Shown here in pieces: positions 30,271-39,808 of a stretch of 64,000 bases of DNA. Numbering within the stretch: the stretch's first letter is position 1; each line of letters begins with the position of its first letter. The stretch covers positions 96,001 through 160,000 of the forward strand of contig CAXFSR010000017.1 in NCBI GenBank assembly GCA_964005815.1, read 5' to 3'. The stretch is from an uncultured Nitrospinaceae bacterium (GTDB lineage Bacteria; UBA8248). The position numbers and the translations under genes are program-made. The notes under the pieces are model-generated. The model ran no database searches. It saw nothing but the letters and a program-made list of their open reading frames with translations, and was not told the DNA's origin.

Positions 30271-30842
30271 AGAGCTTTTTCTAAAAATGAAAGCGTAAAT
30301 TCTGGAAGTTCTATTTCCATTGCAGCTTTCTTCCCTTGTTCAGACATTTTCACTAAAGTTTTCTTAACAATATCTATAACCTTTTCTTCCTCATGTTTTC
30401 TAGCAAAATCCACGAAATAATGTTCTAAGAAAACAAGACAAATTATATCTTCTAAAAGCTGAGTTTCAGGATCTTTTTTTAATTTATGTTTTTTAATGAT
30501 TGAACTTACACGATTTATAAAATCTTCTTTATACCCAACTACTTTCAAAATAGCGGAAACTTTATCTGCATGAAAAGAATAAAGTTTTATTCTCCATTGT
30601 AAATATCCTTTCCTATCATTAGAAAATTCGTTTCTAGGTATTTCCCACCTAGATATATGATGTCCTCTTACCGCAATTTTCATAATATCAGAAGATTCTG
30701 GTGCAAATATATCTAGTCTTTCTGACATCCTCTTTGAATATAAAAATTCTTTAGGATATTTTTCATTATCAAGAAATTCAAAATTAGGATCTTTTCTATT
30801 TTCATCATCAATAATTGAAATAGCTCTCTCTAATTTTCCCAT
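30267..30842 (-). CDS. DUF4202 family protein
   Basis: IDDEN..DPN, H.ISRWEIPR, GYL.WR, Q.LED..CLVFL, KMS..G. Confidence 0.85.
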   Translation of the reverse strand: MGKLERAISIIDDENRKDPNFEFLDNEKYPKEFLYSKRMSERLDIFAPESSDIMKIAVRGHHISRWEIPRNEFSNDRKGYLQWRIKLYSFHADKVSAILKVVGYKEDFINRVSSIIKKHKLKKDPETQLLEDIICLVFLEHYFVDFARKHEEEKVIDIVKKTLVKMSEQGKKAAMEIELPEFTLSFLEKAL

Positions 30843-30984
30843 TTCACCAATTTCTCTTATACTTTAAATTAAATACCTTAGTATTTTTATATGTTATATA
30901 TCAATAAAGATTGACAAAACAGTTAATATTAATGTAAATAATACCTTACTTGTTAGTTTTTAAAAATATTGAAACCAAAAAATA

Positions 30985-31839
30985 ATGAAAAACAACAAAA
31001 AAGAAAAAAAATCGACAGTATATATAGTAGGGGCTGGGCCAGGAGATCCAGAACTAATTACCCTAAAAGCTTTAAAAATTTTAAAAATCGCAGACGTAGT
31101 GATTTATGACAAATTACTAAATTCAGAAATCCTTAATTACTGTGATTCGAACTGCAAGTTTATCTTTGCTGGAAAATCAGTTGATCATCATACAATTCCA
31201 CAAAAAGATATTAATAAGTTAATCATAGATTTCGCAAGAGATAATAAGACTGTTGTTAGGCTCAAAGGAGGAGATCCTTTTGTTTTCGGCAGAGGCGGAG
31301 AGGAAGCTCTAGAGTTAAAAAAAGTAAATATTCCTTTTGAAATTGTACCAGGAGTTACTTCTGCGATTGCCGCACCGGCTTTTGCAGGAATTCCTGTAAC
31401 CCACAGAGGGATATCCTCAAGTGTTACATTTATTACGGGTCATGAAGACCCATATAAAAAAACCGAACATCTTGATTATAGCCATTTAGCGAAAGACAAA
31501 GGAACTCTTGTCTTCTTAATGTCTGCACGTTCGATAGGGCGTATTTCTTTTACTCTAATTAAAAACGGTATGCCTAAAGAAACTCCAATTGCAATCATTG
31601 AAAATGCTACAAAAGATTCTCAAAGAAATTTCTCAGATACACTAGTGAATGCTGTAACACTCGCTGAAAAAGAAGAAATTGCATCTCCCGCAATCTTTGT
31701 TGTCGGAAATGTTGCAAAACTTAGCGATGAATTGGATTGGTTCAAAAAAGAGATGAAGTTAAATTCCAAAGAATTAGGACCAGAAAGCTATAAAATCAGT
31801 CCTTATTATGAAATTAAAAAATTACAATTATCGAAATAA
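30985..31839 (+). CDS. cobA: Uroporphyrinogen-III C-methyltransferase
   Basis: VGAGPGDPELIT, VVRLKGGDPFVFGRGGEE, GIPVTHRG. Confidence 0.95.
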   Translation: MKNNKKEKKSTVYIVGAGPGDPELITLKALKILKIADVVIYDKLLNSEILNYCDSNCKFIFAGKSVDHHTIPQKDINKLIIDFARDNKTVVRLKGGDPFVFGRGGEEALELKKVNIPFEIVPGVTSAIAAPAFAGIPVTHRGISSSVTFITGHEDPYKKTEHLDYSHLAKDKGTLVFLMSARSIGRISFTLIKNGMPKETPIAIIENATKDSQRNFSDTLVNAVTLAEKEEIASPAIFVVGNVAKLSDELDWFKKEMKLNSKELGPESYKISPYYEIKKLQLSK

Positions 31840-31863
31840 TAACGCACTTGCGTTTAGGAGAAT

Positions 31864-33675
31864 ATGATGGAAGAAAATCTTAGAGATACATCGGGGAAAG
31901 TATCGTTACCTGTCATCCCGATCTATGAAGAGGAATTTGATGATTTCGAAACAGAAGTGACAAAATTCCATTCAGGCAATATCCCTGACAACGAATTTAC
32001 AGGATGGAGACTTTTAAGAGGAGTCTATGGACAAAGACAAGCTGACTCTCAAATGTTCCGAATCAAAATTCCTTTTGGAGGAATGAATGCAGATCAACTT
32101 GAAACTCTTGGGATAGTAGCTCGCGACTATGCCCCTCTAAAAAAAGGACATGTAACAACAAGAGAGTGCTTTCAATTCCATTTTATCAAATTAGATGAAG
32201 CTGCAGACTTAATGAGAAAGATCGCAAAATCTGGTCTGACAACCAGAGAAGCCTGCGGAAATACCGTACGAAACGTTACAGGGTGTGCATTTGCAGGAGT
32301 ATGCAAAGATCAGGTTTTTGACTCTACACCCTACGCAGGTGCGTTCGCACGATATTTTGCAAGAAAAGAGTTTATACAAAATTTACCTAGGAAATTCAAA
32401 GCGGCATTTTCTAGCTGCAGTTCTGATTGTGTTGTTGCAGGAATACATGACATAGGATTCATTCCCGTAATTAAAGATATAGAAGGTGTCTCCACTAAGG
32501 GTTTTAAAATGCTCGTAGGAGGAGGACTGGCAACGTTTCCTCGCGTAGCAGAAACTTTGTATGAATTTATACCTGCTACTGAGTTTCTGCGCGTGAGCGA
32601 AGCGATAATAAGAGTCTTCAATAATTCTGAAGAACTCAGGAAAAGCAGATTTAAAGCAAGAATTAAATTTCTAGTAAGTTGGATAGGTATAGACGGCTTA
32701 AGAGAAAGAGTAGAAAAAGAGCTAACAGAGAAGTGGGCTTCAAACCCAATTAATATCGATGAGTTTATTTGGGAAGATGACGAATATGAGAATATAGATA
32801 CAGCCGAAGACTTTGAAAGTCCTGCGGATGAGATACAGTTAAATGGAGACCATGATGAATATACGGCATGGGAGTCCACAAATGTAAGAGAACAACGACA
32901 ATCTGGATACTATGCGGCAGAAATAAAACTACCTCTCGGTGACATTACTGCAAATCAGTTCTTTGCATTGGCATCGATTTCTAGAAAATATGCCAGAAGC
33001 AGAGCCAGAACAAGTTACCAGCAAAATATTGTTTTTCGATGGATTAAAAAGAATGATCTGAAAAAAGTCTGGCTTGAACTAAAAAAAATAGGACTATCCA
33101 GTAATGGAGCACAAGAAATTACAGATGTTGTCTCTTGTCCTGGAACAGATTCCTGTAAATTAGGAATCACCTCTTCTATGGGATTGGCTACTGCTATACG
33201 AAATACTCTGGAAGAAGAAGGAATTGAAGACCCTCTTACAAAAGAAATTCAAATTAAGATGAGTGGCTGCCCTAATTCCTGCGGACAACACCATATTGCA
33301 AATATAGGGTTCCATGGAGGTACGCTCCGTTCAGAGGGAAAAATGCTTCCCGCATACGAACTTTTCTTAGCCGGTCAACATCAAAACACCAACGGATTAA
33401 CCAAACTTGGAGAACGTTTGAGAGTGAGGATTCCTGCTAAAAGAGTGCCTAATGCTCTAAAAAGCATTCTGGGTCACTATAAAGAAAATAGAAATAAAAA
33501 CGAAAAGTTCAATGATTTTTTTGAAAGAGTCGGAAATAAATCCTTTGAAGAACTGCTTCAGGAATTTCATATCAACGGTCAATTTAACGAAGAAAAAAAA
33601 GAAGAAATTTTTGTAGATTGGGGAAAGGAAGAAACCTACGTTCTTGAAAGAGGAGAAGGCGAATGCATGGCATAG
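31864..33675 (+). CDS. Ferredoxin-dependent sulfite/nitrite reductase (siroheme, 4Fe-4S)
   Basis: GVYGQRQ, LPRKFK, CPGTDSC and GCPNSC cluster ligands, GEGEC C-terminus. Confidence 0.92.
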   Translation: MMEENLRDTSGKVSLPVIPIYEEEFDDFETEVTKFHSGNIPDNEFTGWRLLRGVYGQRQADSQMFRIKIPFGGMNADQLETLGIVARDYAPLKKGHVTTRECFQFHFIKLDEAADLMRKIAKSGLTTREACGNTVRNVTGCAFAGVCKDQVFDSTPYAGAFARYFARKEFIQNLPRKFKAAFSSCSSDCVVAGIHDIGFIPVIKDIEGVSTKGFKMLVGGGLATFPRVAETLYEFIPATEFLRVSEAIIRVFNNSEELRKSRFKARIKFLVSWIGIDGLRERVEKELTEKWASNPINIDEFIWEDDEYENIDTAEDFESPADEIQLNGDHDEYTAWESTNVREQRQSGYYAAEIKLPLGDITANQFFALASISRKYARSRARTSYQQNIVFRWIKKNDLKKVWLELKKIGLSSNGAQEITDVVSCPGTDSCKLGITSSMGLATAIRNTLEEEGIEDPLTKEIQIKMSGCPNSCGQHHIANIGFHGGTLRSEGKMLPAYELFLAGQHQNTNGLTKLGERLRVRIPAKRVPNALKSILGHYKENRNKNEKFNDFFERVGNKSFEELLQEFHINGQFNEEKKEEIFVDWGKEETYVLERGEGECMA

Positions 33676-34088
33676 TAGACAACTCCCCAAACTCTCTAAA
33701 AGCCATTATCCTTCTTGGCCATGGAAGCAGAGCTGAGGGTGCTAACCGAGATATGTACAAGGTAGTAGATATCTTTCAGAAAAAATGGCCAGAGAGAATT
33801 GTAACTGCTGCTTTTTTAGAGATTAATGAGCCCTCTATTCCTGATTGCATTGATACCTGCGCAAAAAAAGGAGCAGAAGAAATTCTTTTGACACCCTACT
33901 TTCTGCATATGGGAAATCACGTGAGAAAAGATCTCCCTCATCTTGTAGAAATTGGTGCATCCAGAAATCCAAATGTAAAAATTCACCTAGGACCACATCT
34001 TGGGTTTCATGAAAAGATTATCGATATCGTTTCTCAAAGAATCGAAGAAGGTCTTGAAGAATGCAGTCAGTCAATAATTACAAAGTAG
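33663..34088 (+). CDS. Sirohydrochlorin chelatase (CbiX/SirB)
   Basis: GHGSR, AFLE..EP, PYFL..G.HV..DLP, LGFH. Confidence 0.9.
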   Translation: MHGIVDNSPNSLKAIILLGHGSRAEGANRDMYKVVDIFQKKWPERIVTAAFLEINEPSIPDCIDTCAKKGAEEILLTPYFLHMGNHVRKDLPHLVEIGASRNPNVKIHLGPHLGFHEKIIDIVSQRIEEGLEECSQSIITK

Positions 34089-34118
34089 AATAGATACTCA
34101 AAGACCTACAAAAAAAAA

Positions 34119-34274
34119 TCAGAACTTACCTGCAAGATGACCTCTTCTCTCGGCTTCTTCTTTTCCAGAAAGCAACCTATCTCTTTCTTCTAAAAGCCAG
34201 TTGAAATATACATCACATCCGGCAATAGGAGTTGGATAATTTTTTATTTCTTCTTTGATTTCCTCTAAATCCAT
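34119..34274 (-). CDS. Small hypothetical protein, 51 aa (MDLEEIKEEIKNYPTPIAGCDVYFNWLLEERDRLLSGKEEAERRGHLAGKF)
   Basis: Fills the gap downstream of the SnoaL gene, co-oriented; below the ORF-track cutoff; protein-like YPTPIAGCD core. Confidence 0.65.
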   Translation of the reverse strand: MDLEEIKEEIKNYPTPIAGCDVYFNWLLEERDRLLSGKEEAERRGHLAGKF

Positions 34275-34332
34275 CTCATTAAAACCTTCAAAAAATGTAA
34301 ATAGAACTATATCTAATATTCACCGGACTATT

Positions 34333-34704
34333 CTATTCTCCTAGCGCTTTTGCTATTTTTTGAGTGTCATCGAAAAGCAAAAATTCCGTTTCGAGTCCAT
34401 CTTCCACTTTATACATATGTACGCCATTAGCGTCTAAATTGTCAGCAGTGTATTTCACAAAAACATGGACTCGATCACCCTCTGCTACAACATGCAATAT
34501 TTCCAAACTGAAATTTGGATAATCATCAAAAAGGTGTGAGATGAAATTATCTCTCCAGTCATTAAAACCTTTATATTCCCCAGATCTCTTGTGATTCCCA
34601 TTCACTCTTATCACTGCATCTTCGTGAAAGAGTTTACCAAGACTTTCAATATCCCCTTGAGAAAATGCCTGATATCCACTAAGAACGATTTCTTTCGGTG
34701 TCAT
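34333..34704 (-). CDS. SnoaL/NTF2-like protein
   Basis: Y.AF..GD, GEYKG, VAEGDRV; AGGAGG RBS. Confidence 0.85.
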   Translation of the reverse strand: MTPKEIVLSGYQAFSQGDIESLGKLFHEDAVIRVNGNHKRSGEYKGFNDWRDNFISHLFDDYPNFSLEILHVVAEGDRVHVFVKYTADNLDANGVHMYKVEDGLETEFLLFDDTQKIAKALGE

Positions 34705-34769
34705 AATTGAATTCCTCCTTATTCAATTTTGGGTTAACAATATTTTTATTTCTTTTTTGCCCTTAAAAT

Positions 34770-35219
34770 TTACTTAGGACGACACTTCATGAGCACAATA
34801 CCTTTCATCTTCAGTTTAACTTCATCTTCCTGATTCGTAGTTGTATAATCCAGAACCATTATTCCTCGAGTAGGGTCCGACTTAGATACACGTTTGTTTT
34901 CAAGCAAAACACTTAGCGACAACACATCTCCTGGTCTTACAGGACTGATAAATTGAATAGATTCTATTCCTGGAGAACCAAGACTGGATGTCCCTAAAAA
35001 TCCTGTATCTACAAATAAACGCATCGTAACAGCCATAGTATGAAACCCGCTGGCGATTATTCCACCGTACTGGAATTTTTCTGCGTAATCTATATCCACA
35101 TGAAAAGGCTGCGGATCGTAATTTCGCGCAAACTCCATGATCTCTTCTTGGCTAAGCTCAATACCTCCAGCAGTAAAAATCTGACCAACTTCAAAGTCTT
35201 CAAAAAATCGATCACTCAT
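34770..35219 (-). CDS. MaoC family dehydratase (hotdog fold)
   Basis: FFEDF.VG, FA..YDPQPFH.D, IASG.HT, PVRPGD. Confidence 0.92.
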   Translation of the reverse strand: MSDRFFEDFEVGQIFTAGGIELSQEEIMEFARNYDPQPFHVDIDYAEKFQYGGIIASGFHTMAVTMRLFVDTGFLGTSSLGSPGIESIQFISPVRPGDVLSLSVLLENKRVSKSDPTRGIMVLDYTTTNQEDEVKLKMKGIVLMKCRPK

Positions 35220-35243
35220 ACACTTTTTCTTTCAATTATCTTT

Positions 35244-35639
35244 TTATTTTTCACCTGGATAAAGATCTTCTGCATTATCAGCGTCATCAGCCATATTATA
35301 GTCCTGATCAAGATCCCCAGAACCCGCAGGACTTTTCACTGTAAAAAAAGTAGCTTCTCCATTGATTGCCCTGCTTCGATGATTCGTATTACGAGGTATA
35401 TGAATCATATCTCCAGGGCCAACAATTTTGTCTTCATCGCCTAAAATATAATGAAGGTTTCCTTCAAGTATCAATGTGAACTGTTCTTCATTTGGATGCA
35501 TATGAAGAGGAGGTCCCTCTCCTTCCGGTTTAGTTACAAAACCTGCTTTCATGAACTCACCAGGGACACTTTTTGCAGACATAGCAGGATTGATTTCACT
35601 GTTGTTCTTCGCCATTGAGGCAATTTGATAAAACGGCAT
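35244..35639 (-). CDS. Cupin domain protein
   Basis: LHMHPNEEQF..ILEG, GD.IHIP.N..H. Confidence 0.9.
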   Translation of the reverse strand: MPFYQIASMAKNNSEINPAMSAKSVPGEFMKAGFVTKPEGEGPPLHMHPNEEQFTLILEGNLHYILGDEDKIVGPGDMIHIPRNTNHRSRAINGEATFFTVKSPAGSGDLDQDYNMADDADNAEDLYPGEK

Positions 35640-35668
35640 CTTTTAGTTCTCCTGATTAAATAAACTTA

Positions 35669-36793
35669 TTAATTGAGTTGTTCCAAGTCATCCAAGTCCA
35701 AAGGTAAAGGCAAGGCTTTTCCTAATTTAGAAGAAAGATCCATTGCCATCGTAAGAATCAAATTATTGTGACCATCTTCAGCAGTAGCATGAGGAGTATC
35801 GAGTCCTGAATGAACTCTTGCAAACCATGCATTTGTTTCTTCTCTCATTGGACCCCATAGTTGTTCCAAAACAATATCCCCTGGAGGATAACTCGTTAGA
35901 AAATCTACGTTCCTTTTGACTTCAGGGGTATAACCTGCTGGCTGTGGATGTTCGGTAGCAAGGACAAGATCTCGGTGTGTATCATCTATCGTCAAGACGC
36001 CTTCCGTTCCTACAATTCCAATTTCAAGACTATACACAGAACCTGGCCATACAACCGGGAGTGCCCAACTGATATTCATGCTCCATATGGTACCGTCTTC
36101 AAATGTAAAGATTCCAAGGGTTGCGTCTTTTGTGCCGTAGGATGCACCTAAGGTTTTATCTACAGTCTTTGTATAAATTTCAACGGGTTTCTTTCCTTCC
36201 ATCAGCCACATACAAATATCTAAGCTATGTGTACCAGAAACAACCATAGGAGTCAGTTTAGCTCGATATTCCGTTTTTTCTACAGTGGCAATAGGAACAA
36301 GACGGTTCATAAATGCTCTGGTGACAACTGTAGTCACCTCTCCTAGCTGTCCTGTTCTAACTTTTTCTTTTGCTACAAGAAATCTTCTCCTGAAACGTTG
36401 TGTGTAACCCACAACCGCATCAATATCGTTCTCTTTGATCGCATCCAGAATCATCTGAGATTCTTTTGCATTCGTTGCCAGAGGTTTTTCAATAAACAAG
36501 TCATGTTTTTTCTCAATAGAAAGCATCGTAGGATCAACATGCTCCGTTTCATCTGTTGCAATTATAGTTGCTGTTACTTCAGAACGATTCAATAATTCTT
36601 TATAGTCATTGGTATAAAAGTCAGCATTTACGTCATCAGCTAATTGACGGCCTACTTTTTCGTTCACATCGCATAAACCAATCCACTCTACACCTGGATA
36701 ACTCTTTGCAAATTCTGCCCTGATTCTTCCTATTTTACCGCAACCAACTACTGCCAAACCAATCGGTCGCAGGTTGTTCTCGTTCCCGCTCAT
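35669..36793 (-). CDS. Gfo/Idh/MocA family oxidoreductase, paralog A
   Basis: VVGCGKIG, EKPLA, GYTQRF, GTHSLD; ATG 36793 after GGAGG. Confidence 0.9.
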   Translation of the reverse strand: MSGNENNLRPIGLAVVGCGKIGRIRAEFAKSYPGVEWIGLCDVNEKVGRQLADDVNADFYTNDYKELLNRSEVTATIIATDETEHVDPTMLSIEKKHDLFIEKPLATNAKESQMILDAIKENDIDAVVGYTQRFRRRFLVAKEKVRTGQLGEVTTVVTRAFMNRLVPIATVEKTEYRAKLTPMVVSGTHSLDICMWLMEGKKPVEIYTKTVDKTLGASYGTKDATLGIFTFEDGTIWSMNISWALPVVWPGSVYSLEIGIVGTEGVLTIDDTHRDLVLATEHPQPAGYTPEVKRNVDFLTSYPPGDIVLEQLWGPMREETNAWFARVHSGLDTPHATAEDGHNNLILTMAMDLSSKLGKALPLPLDLDDLEQLN

Positions 36794-36817
36794 AAATTCC
36801 TCCAAAAACAATTGAAA

Positions 36818-37750
36818 TTATTTGAAAATATTTTTGGGGAGCATAGCATGCACCCCTTTCACCCCATTAACTATTTGTGTAACTCTTAGATCTACTGCCA
36901 AACTACAAATGGTATAAGCATCATCCCGATGAATATCGAATTCACTTTCCATAAACTTTATTGTTTCTCTAAGTGCAATTTTCACTGCATTATCTACAAG
37001 TGGATCAAAGCCCATGAAAATAAAGTGTGTAGGAGTTTCCGCTTTCGGTAGAGTTAGTGATAGCTCTTTATGAACTTTGAATTTCAGTGTGCCCGACATA
37101 GCACACTCTAATGCGGTCAGACAAACTTCTCCATCCCCTTGGCATCCATGGCCATCACCAATCGAAAACAAAGCTTGCTCATTAAAAACAGGAAAAAATA
37201 CCTTGGAACCCGAAATTAATTCCTTATTATCCATATTACCGCCCCAAGCTCCCGGTGGATAACTTCCAATTTTCCCCATGGAAGGCGGAGGTGCTACTCC
37301 AAAATTACCAAAATATGGACGTAATGGTACTTTTATTCCTGCGCCCCAATCCGCCACTCCAAGTTTTTTGTCGATCTCAACAATTACTGTTCTACGGTAA
37401 GGAAAATCTTCTGGCAATCCTCCCATAAGGGGTCTAAAACCATTATATCCCCAATCATATCTAGGAGAGATATCTTCAAGCTGCACTTCTAATACATCTC
37501 CAGGAGAAGTTCCCTCAATCGCAATTGGACCAACAAGAATATGTGGGCCAGGACCAATTGGAAGTTTCTCTATAATTCCACGAAAATCGTCTGAAGCCCG
37601 ATCTCCGATTAGTTCTAAATGCTCTTCTAAGCCGGATTCTGTATGGACCCGCAGCGTATCTCCCGACTTTACTGTTAGTATTGGGGGAGTACTCGCATCA
37701 TAAAAACCTCGGCTTACATTTTCAGGATTTGCAAATAATTCATGTTCCAT
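36818..37750 (-). CDS. Acetamidase/formamidase family protein, copy 3
   Basis: H...GPI.IEG..PGD.LEV, GGNMD, GDGH..QGDGE, GVHAMLPK. Confidence 0.93.
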   Translation of the reverse strand: MEHELFANPENVSRGFYDASTPPILTVKSGDTLRVHTESGLEEHLELIGDRASDDFRGIIEKLPIGPGPHILVGPIAIEGTSPGDVLEVQLEDISPRYDWGYNGFRPLMGGLPEDFPYRRTVIVEIDKKLGVADWGAGIKVPLRPYFGNFGVAPPPSMGKIGSYPPGAWGGNMDNKELISGSKVFFPVFNEQALFSIGDGHGCQGDGEVCLTALECAMSGTLKFKVHKELSLTLPKAETPTHFIFMGFDPLVDNAVKIALRETIKFMESEFDIHRDDAYTICSLAVDLRVTQIVNGVKGVHAMLPKNIFK

Positions 37751-37751
37751 A

Positions 37752-38702
37752 CTATTTCATATCCTCAAATAAAGATTTGGACAAAAGACCATGGACTCCT
37801 TTTGTTCCATTGACAATTTGTGTAACGCGCAAATCTAAAGAGAGACTACACAATGTATACGCGTCATCTTTTTTCATTTCAAAGCGTTCAACTAAAAATT
37901 TTATTGTCTCTCTTATAACACTCTTGATTGCGTTATCTAAGACAGGATCAAAACCCATAAAAATATAATCTGAAGAAGATTCAGCCATAGGAACATCTAG
38001 AGTTGTGTTTTTGTGAAGGAAAAATTGTATTTTTCCAACCAAACCACATTCCAAAGCAGAAAGACAGCTTTCACCATCTCCCTGACATCCGTGTCCATCG
38101 CCAATGGAGAACTGGGCGCCATCTACAAACACTGGAAAAAAAACACTGGTTCCTACCGTAAATTCTTTATTATCCATATTTCCGCCCCACGGACCAGGAA
38201 CAGAAGATGGAACCTTTCCAAGATTTAAAGGAGGAGCAACCCCCATATTTCCAAAAAACGGTGAAAGAGGAATTGGCACCCCGGTTTCCCAATCACAAAT
38301 ATTTCTTTCTTTATCAATCTCAATTATAATTCTTCTTTCATAAGGGAAGTCCTCTGGCAAACCACCTGATAATGGTCGAAATCTGTTAAAACCCCAGTTA
38401 TACCTTGGAAAAATTTCTAACATTTTTACTTCCAAAACATCTCCTGCCAGTGCCCCTCTTATTCCTATTGGACCATTTAAAATATGGCCTCCTAGTTTAC
38501 GATCCCCATTTTCGACGATATCAATCAGTTCAGGTGAAACTATTTCTCTCATTTCAGAATCAATTTCTCTCATTCCAGGCTCTGTATGAACCTCTACAAT
38601 ATCCTCAGAAGAGACATCAAACAAAGGTTTCGCTTCTGGATCATAGAATCCCCACTGCACTGAACTAGAATTTGCAATTATTTTATTAATATTAAACTCC
38701 AA
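37752..38702 (-). CDS. Acetamidase/formamidase family protein, copy 2
   Basis: GHILNGP, GGNMD, GDGHGCQGDGE. Confidence 0.93.
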   Translation of the reverse strand: MEFNINKIIANSSSVQWGFYDPEAKPLFDVSSEDIVEVHTEPGMREIDSEMREIVSPELIDIVENGDRKLGGHILNGPIGIRGALAGDVLEVKMLEIFPRYNWGFNRFRPLSGGLPEDFPYERRIIIEIDKERNICDWETGVPIPLSPFFGNMGVAPPLNLGKVPSSVPGPWGGNMDNKEFTVGTSVFFPVFVDGAQFSIGDGHGCQGDGESCLSALECGLVGKIQFFLHKNTTLDVPMAESSSDYIFMGFDPVLDNAIKSVIRETIKFLVERFEMKKDDAYTLCSLSLDLRVTQIVNGTKGVHGLLSKSLFEDMK

Positions 38703-38704
38703 AA

Positions 38705-39637
38705 TTAGAAAATTGACTTAGGGAGCATTGCATGTACACCCTTATAACCATTCACTATCTGGGTTACACGAAGATCAACTGCAAGACTACATAAAGTGTA
38801 AGCATCATCAGGATGTAATCCTTTAGAATTTTTTAAAAAATAAATAGTTTCACGAAGTGCTATTTTTGCGGCGTTATCCAAAATGGGGTCAAAACCCATA
38901 AAAATATGATGTGTTTCAGATTCTGCAATAGGAAGATTAATACTTAGATCTTTTCGTACCTTAAACTCAAAAGTTCCTATTAAACCCATTTCTATCCCAT
39001 TAATATTGGCTTCGCCATCACCTTGACATCCATGACCATCTCCAACAGAGAATAGAGCCCCATCATTAAAAATCGGGAAAAATATTTTAGTTCCAGTTAC
39101 AAATTCTTTATTGTCAGTATTTCCACCCCAAGCAGCAGGTGGTGTCGAGGGAACTTTCCCATATGATTTCGGAGGAGCTACTCCGAAATTCCCAAAAAAA
39201 GGCTTGATTGGCACTTTCACTCCAGCGCCCCAATCTGCAAGTCCTTTCTCCTTATCTACATCGATGACAACAACCCTAGAATACGGAAAATCCTCTGGAA
39301 GCCCCCCAACCAGTGGACGAAAACCATTATAGCCCCAGTCATAGCGTGTCTGAATATCCTTAATGTTTACCTCTAAAACGTCTCCTTGTTTTGCCCCGTT
39401 AATACAAACAGGACCCGTCATAATATGTGCACCAAAAGCCTGTTCATGATGTGAAAAAATATCTATCAACTGAGAGGAAATTCTGTCTCCCAAAGCTGTA
39501 ACGAGATCTTTTCTTCCTGACTCTGTATAAAACACTACAGTATCGCCATCATCGATAGTGAGTACAGGGTGCAGGGAAGCATCGTAAAATCCCCAGTGAA
39601 TATTTGATTCGTCTGCTATAAGTTCATACTTAGACAT
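38705..39637 (-). CDS. Acetamidase/formamidase family protein, copy 1
   Basis: HIMTGP, GGNTD, GDGHGCQGDGE; ATG at 39637. Confidence 0.93.
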   Translation of the reverse strand: MSKYELIADESNIHWGFYDASLHPVLTIDDGDTVVFYTESGRKDLVTALGDRISSQLIDIFSHHEQAFGAHIMTGPVCINGAKQGDVLEVNIKDIQTRYDWGYNGFRPLVGGLPEDFPYSRVVVIDVDKEKGLADWGAGVKVPIKPFFGNFGVAPPKSYGKVPSTPPAAWGGNTDNKEFVTGTKIFFPIFNDGALFSVGDGHGCQGDGEANINGIEMGLIGTFEFKVRKDLSINLPIAESETHHIFMGFDPILDNAAKIALRETIYFLKNSKGLHPDDAYTLCSLAVDLRVTQIVNGYKGVHAMLPKSIF

Positions 39638-39808
39638 TTTAATAGCCCCAAAAAAAAACAACAATAAAAACGAATATTGAATTCTAATATTTTATGTAAT
39701 GGATAGAAATGAGTATGTCAAAAAAAAGACAATACAAAAACTATCTTGGAATATATTATTTATATATTATTAAATGTTTTAAATTTCATTTAAATAATTG
39801 AGCTTAGA

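Noticed and set aside
32331..32879. Long antisense/alternate-frame ORFs (e.g. 32331..32879, 40875..41339, 41523..41939, 7322..7702, 28462..28746, 35040..35444)
   Set aside because: They are shadows of well-supported genes on the opposite strand, with no recognisable motifs.
36818..39637. Repeated DNA segments as a CRISPR or tandem-repeat array
   Set aside because: The similarity comes from paralogous amidase coding sequence; there is no repeat-spacer periodicity and no cas gene.
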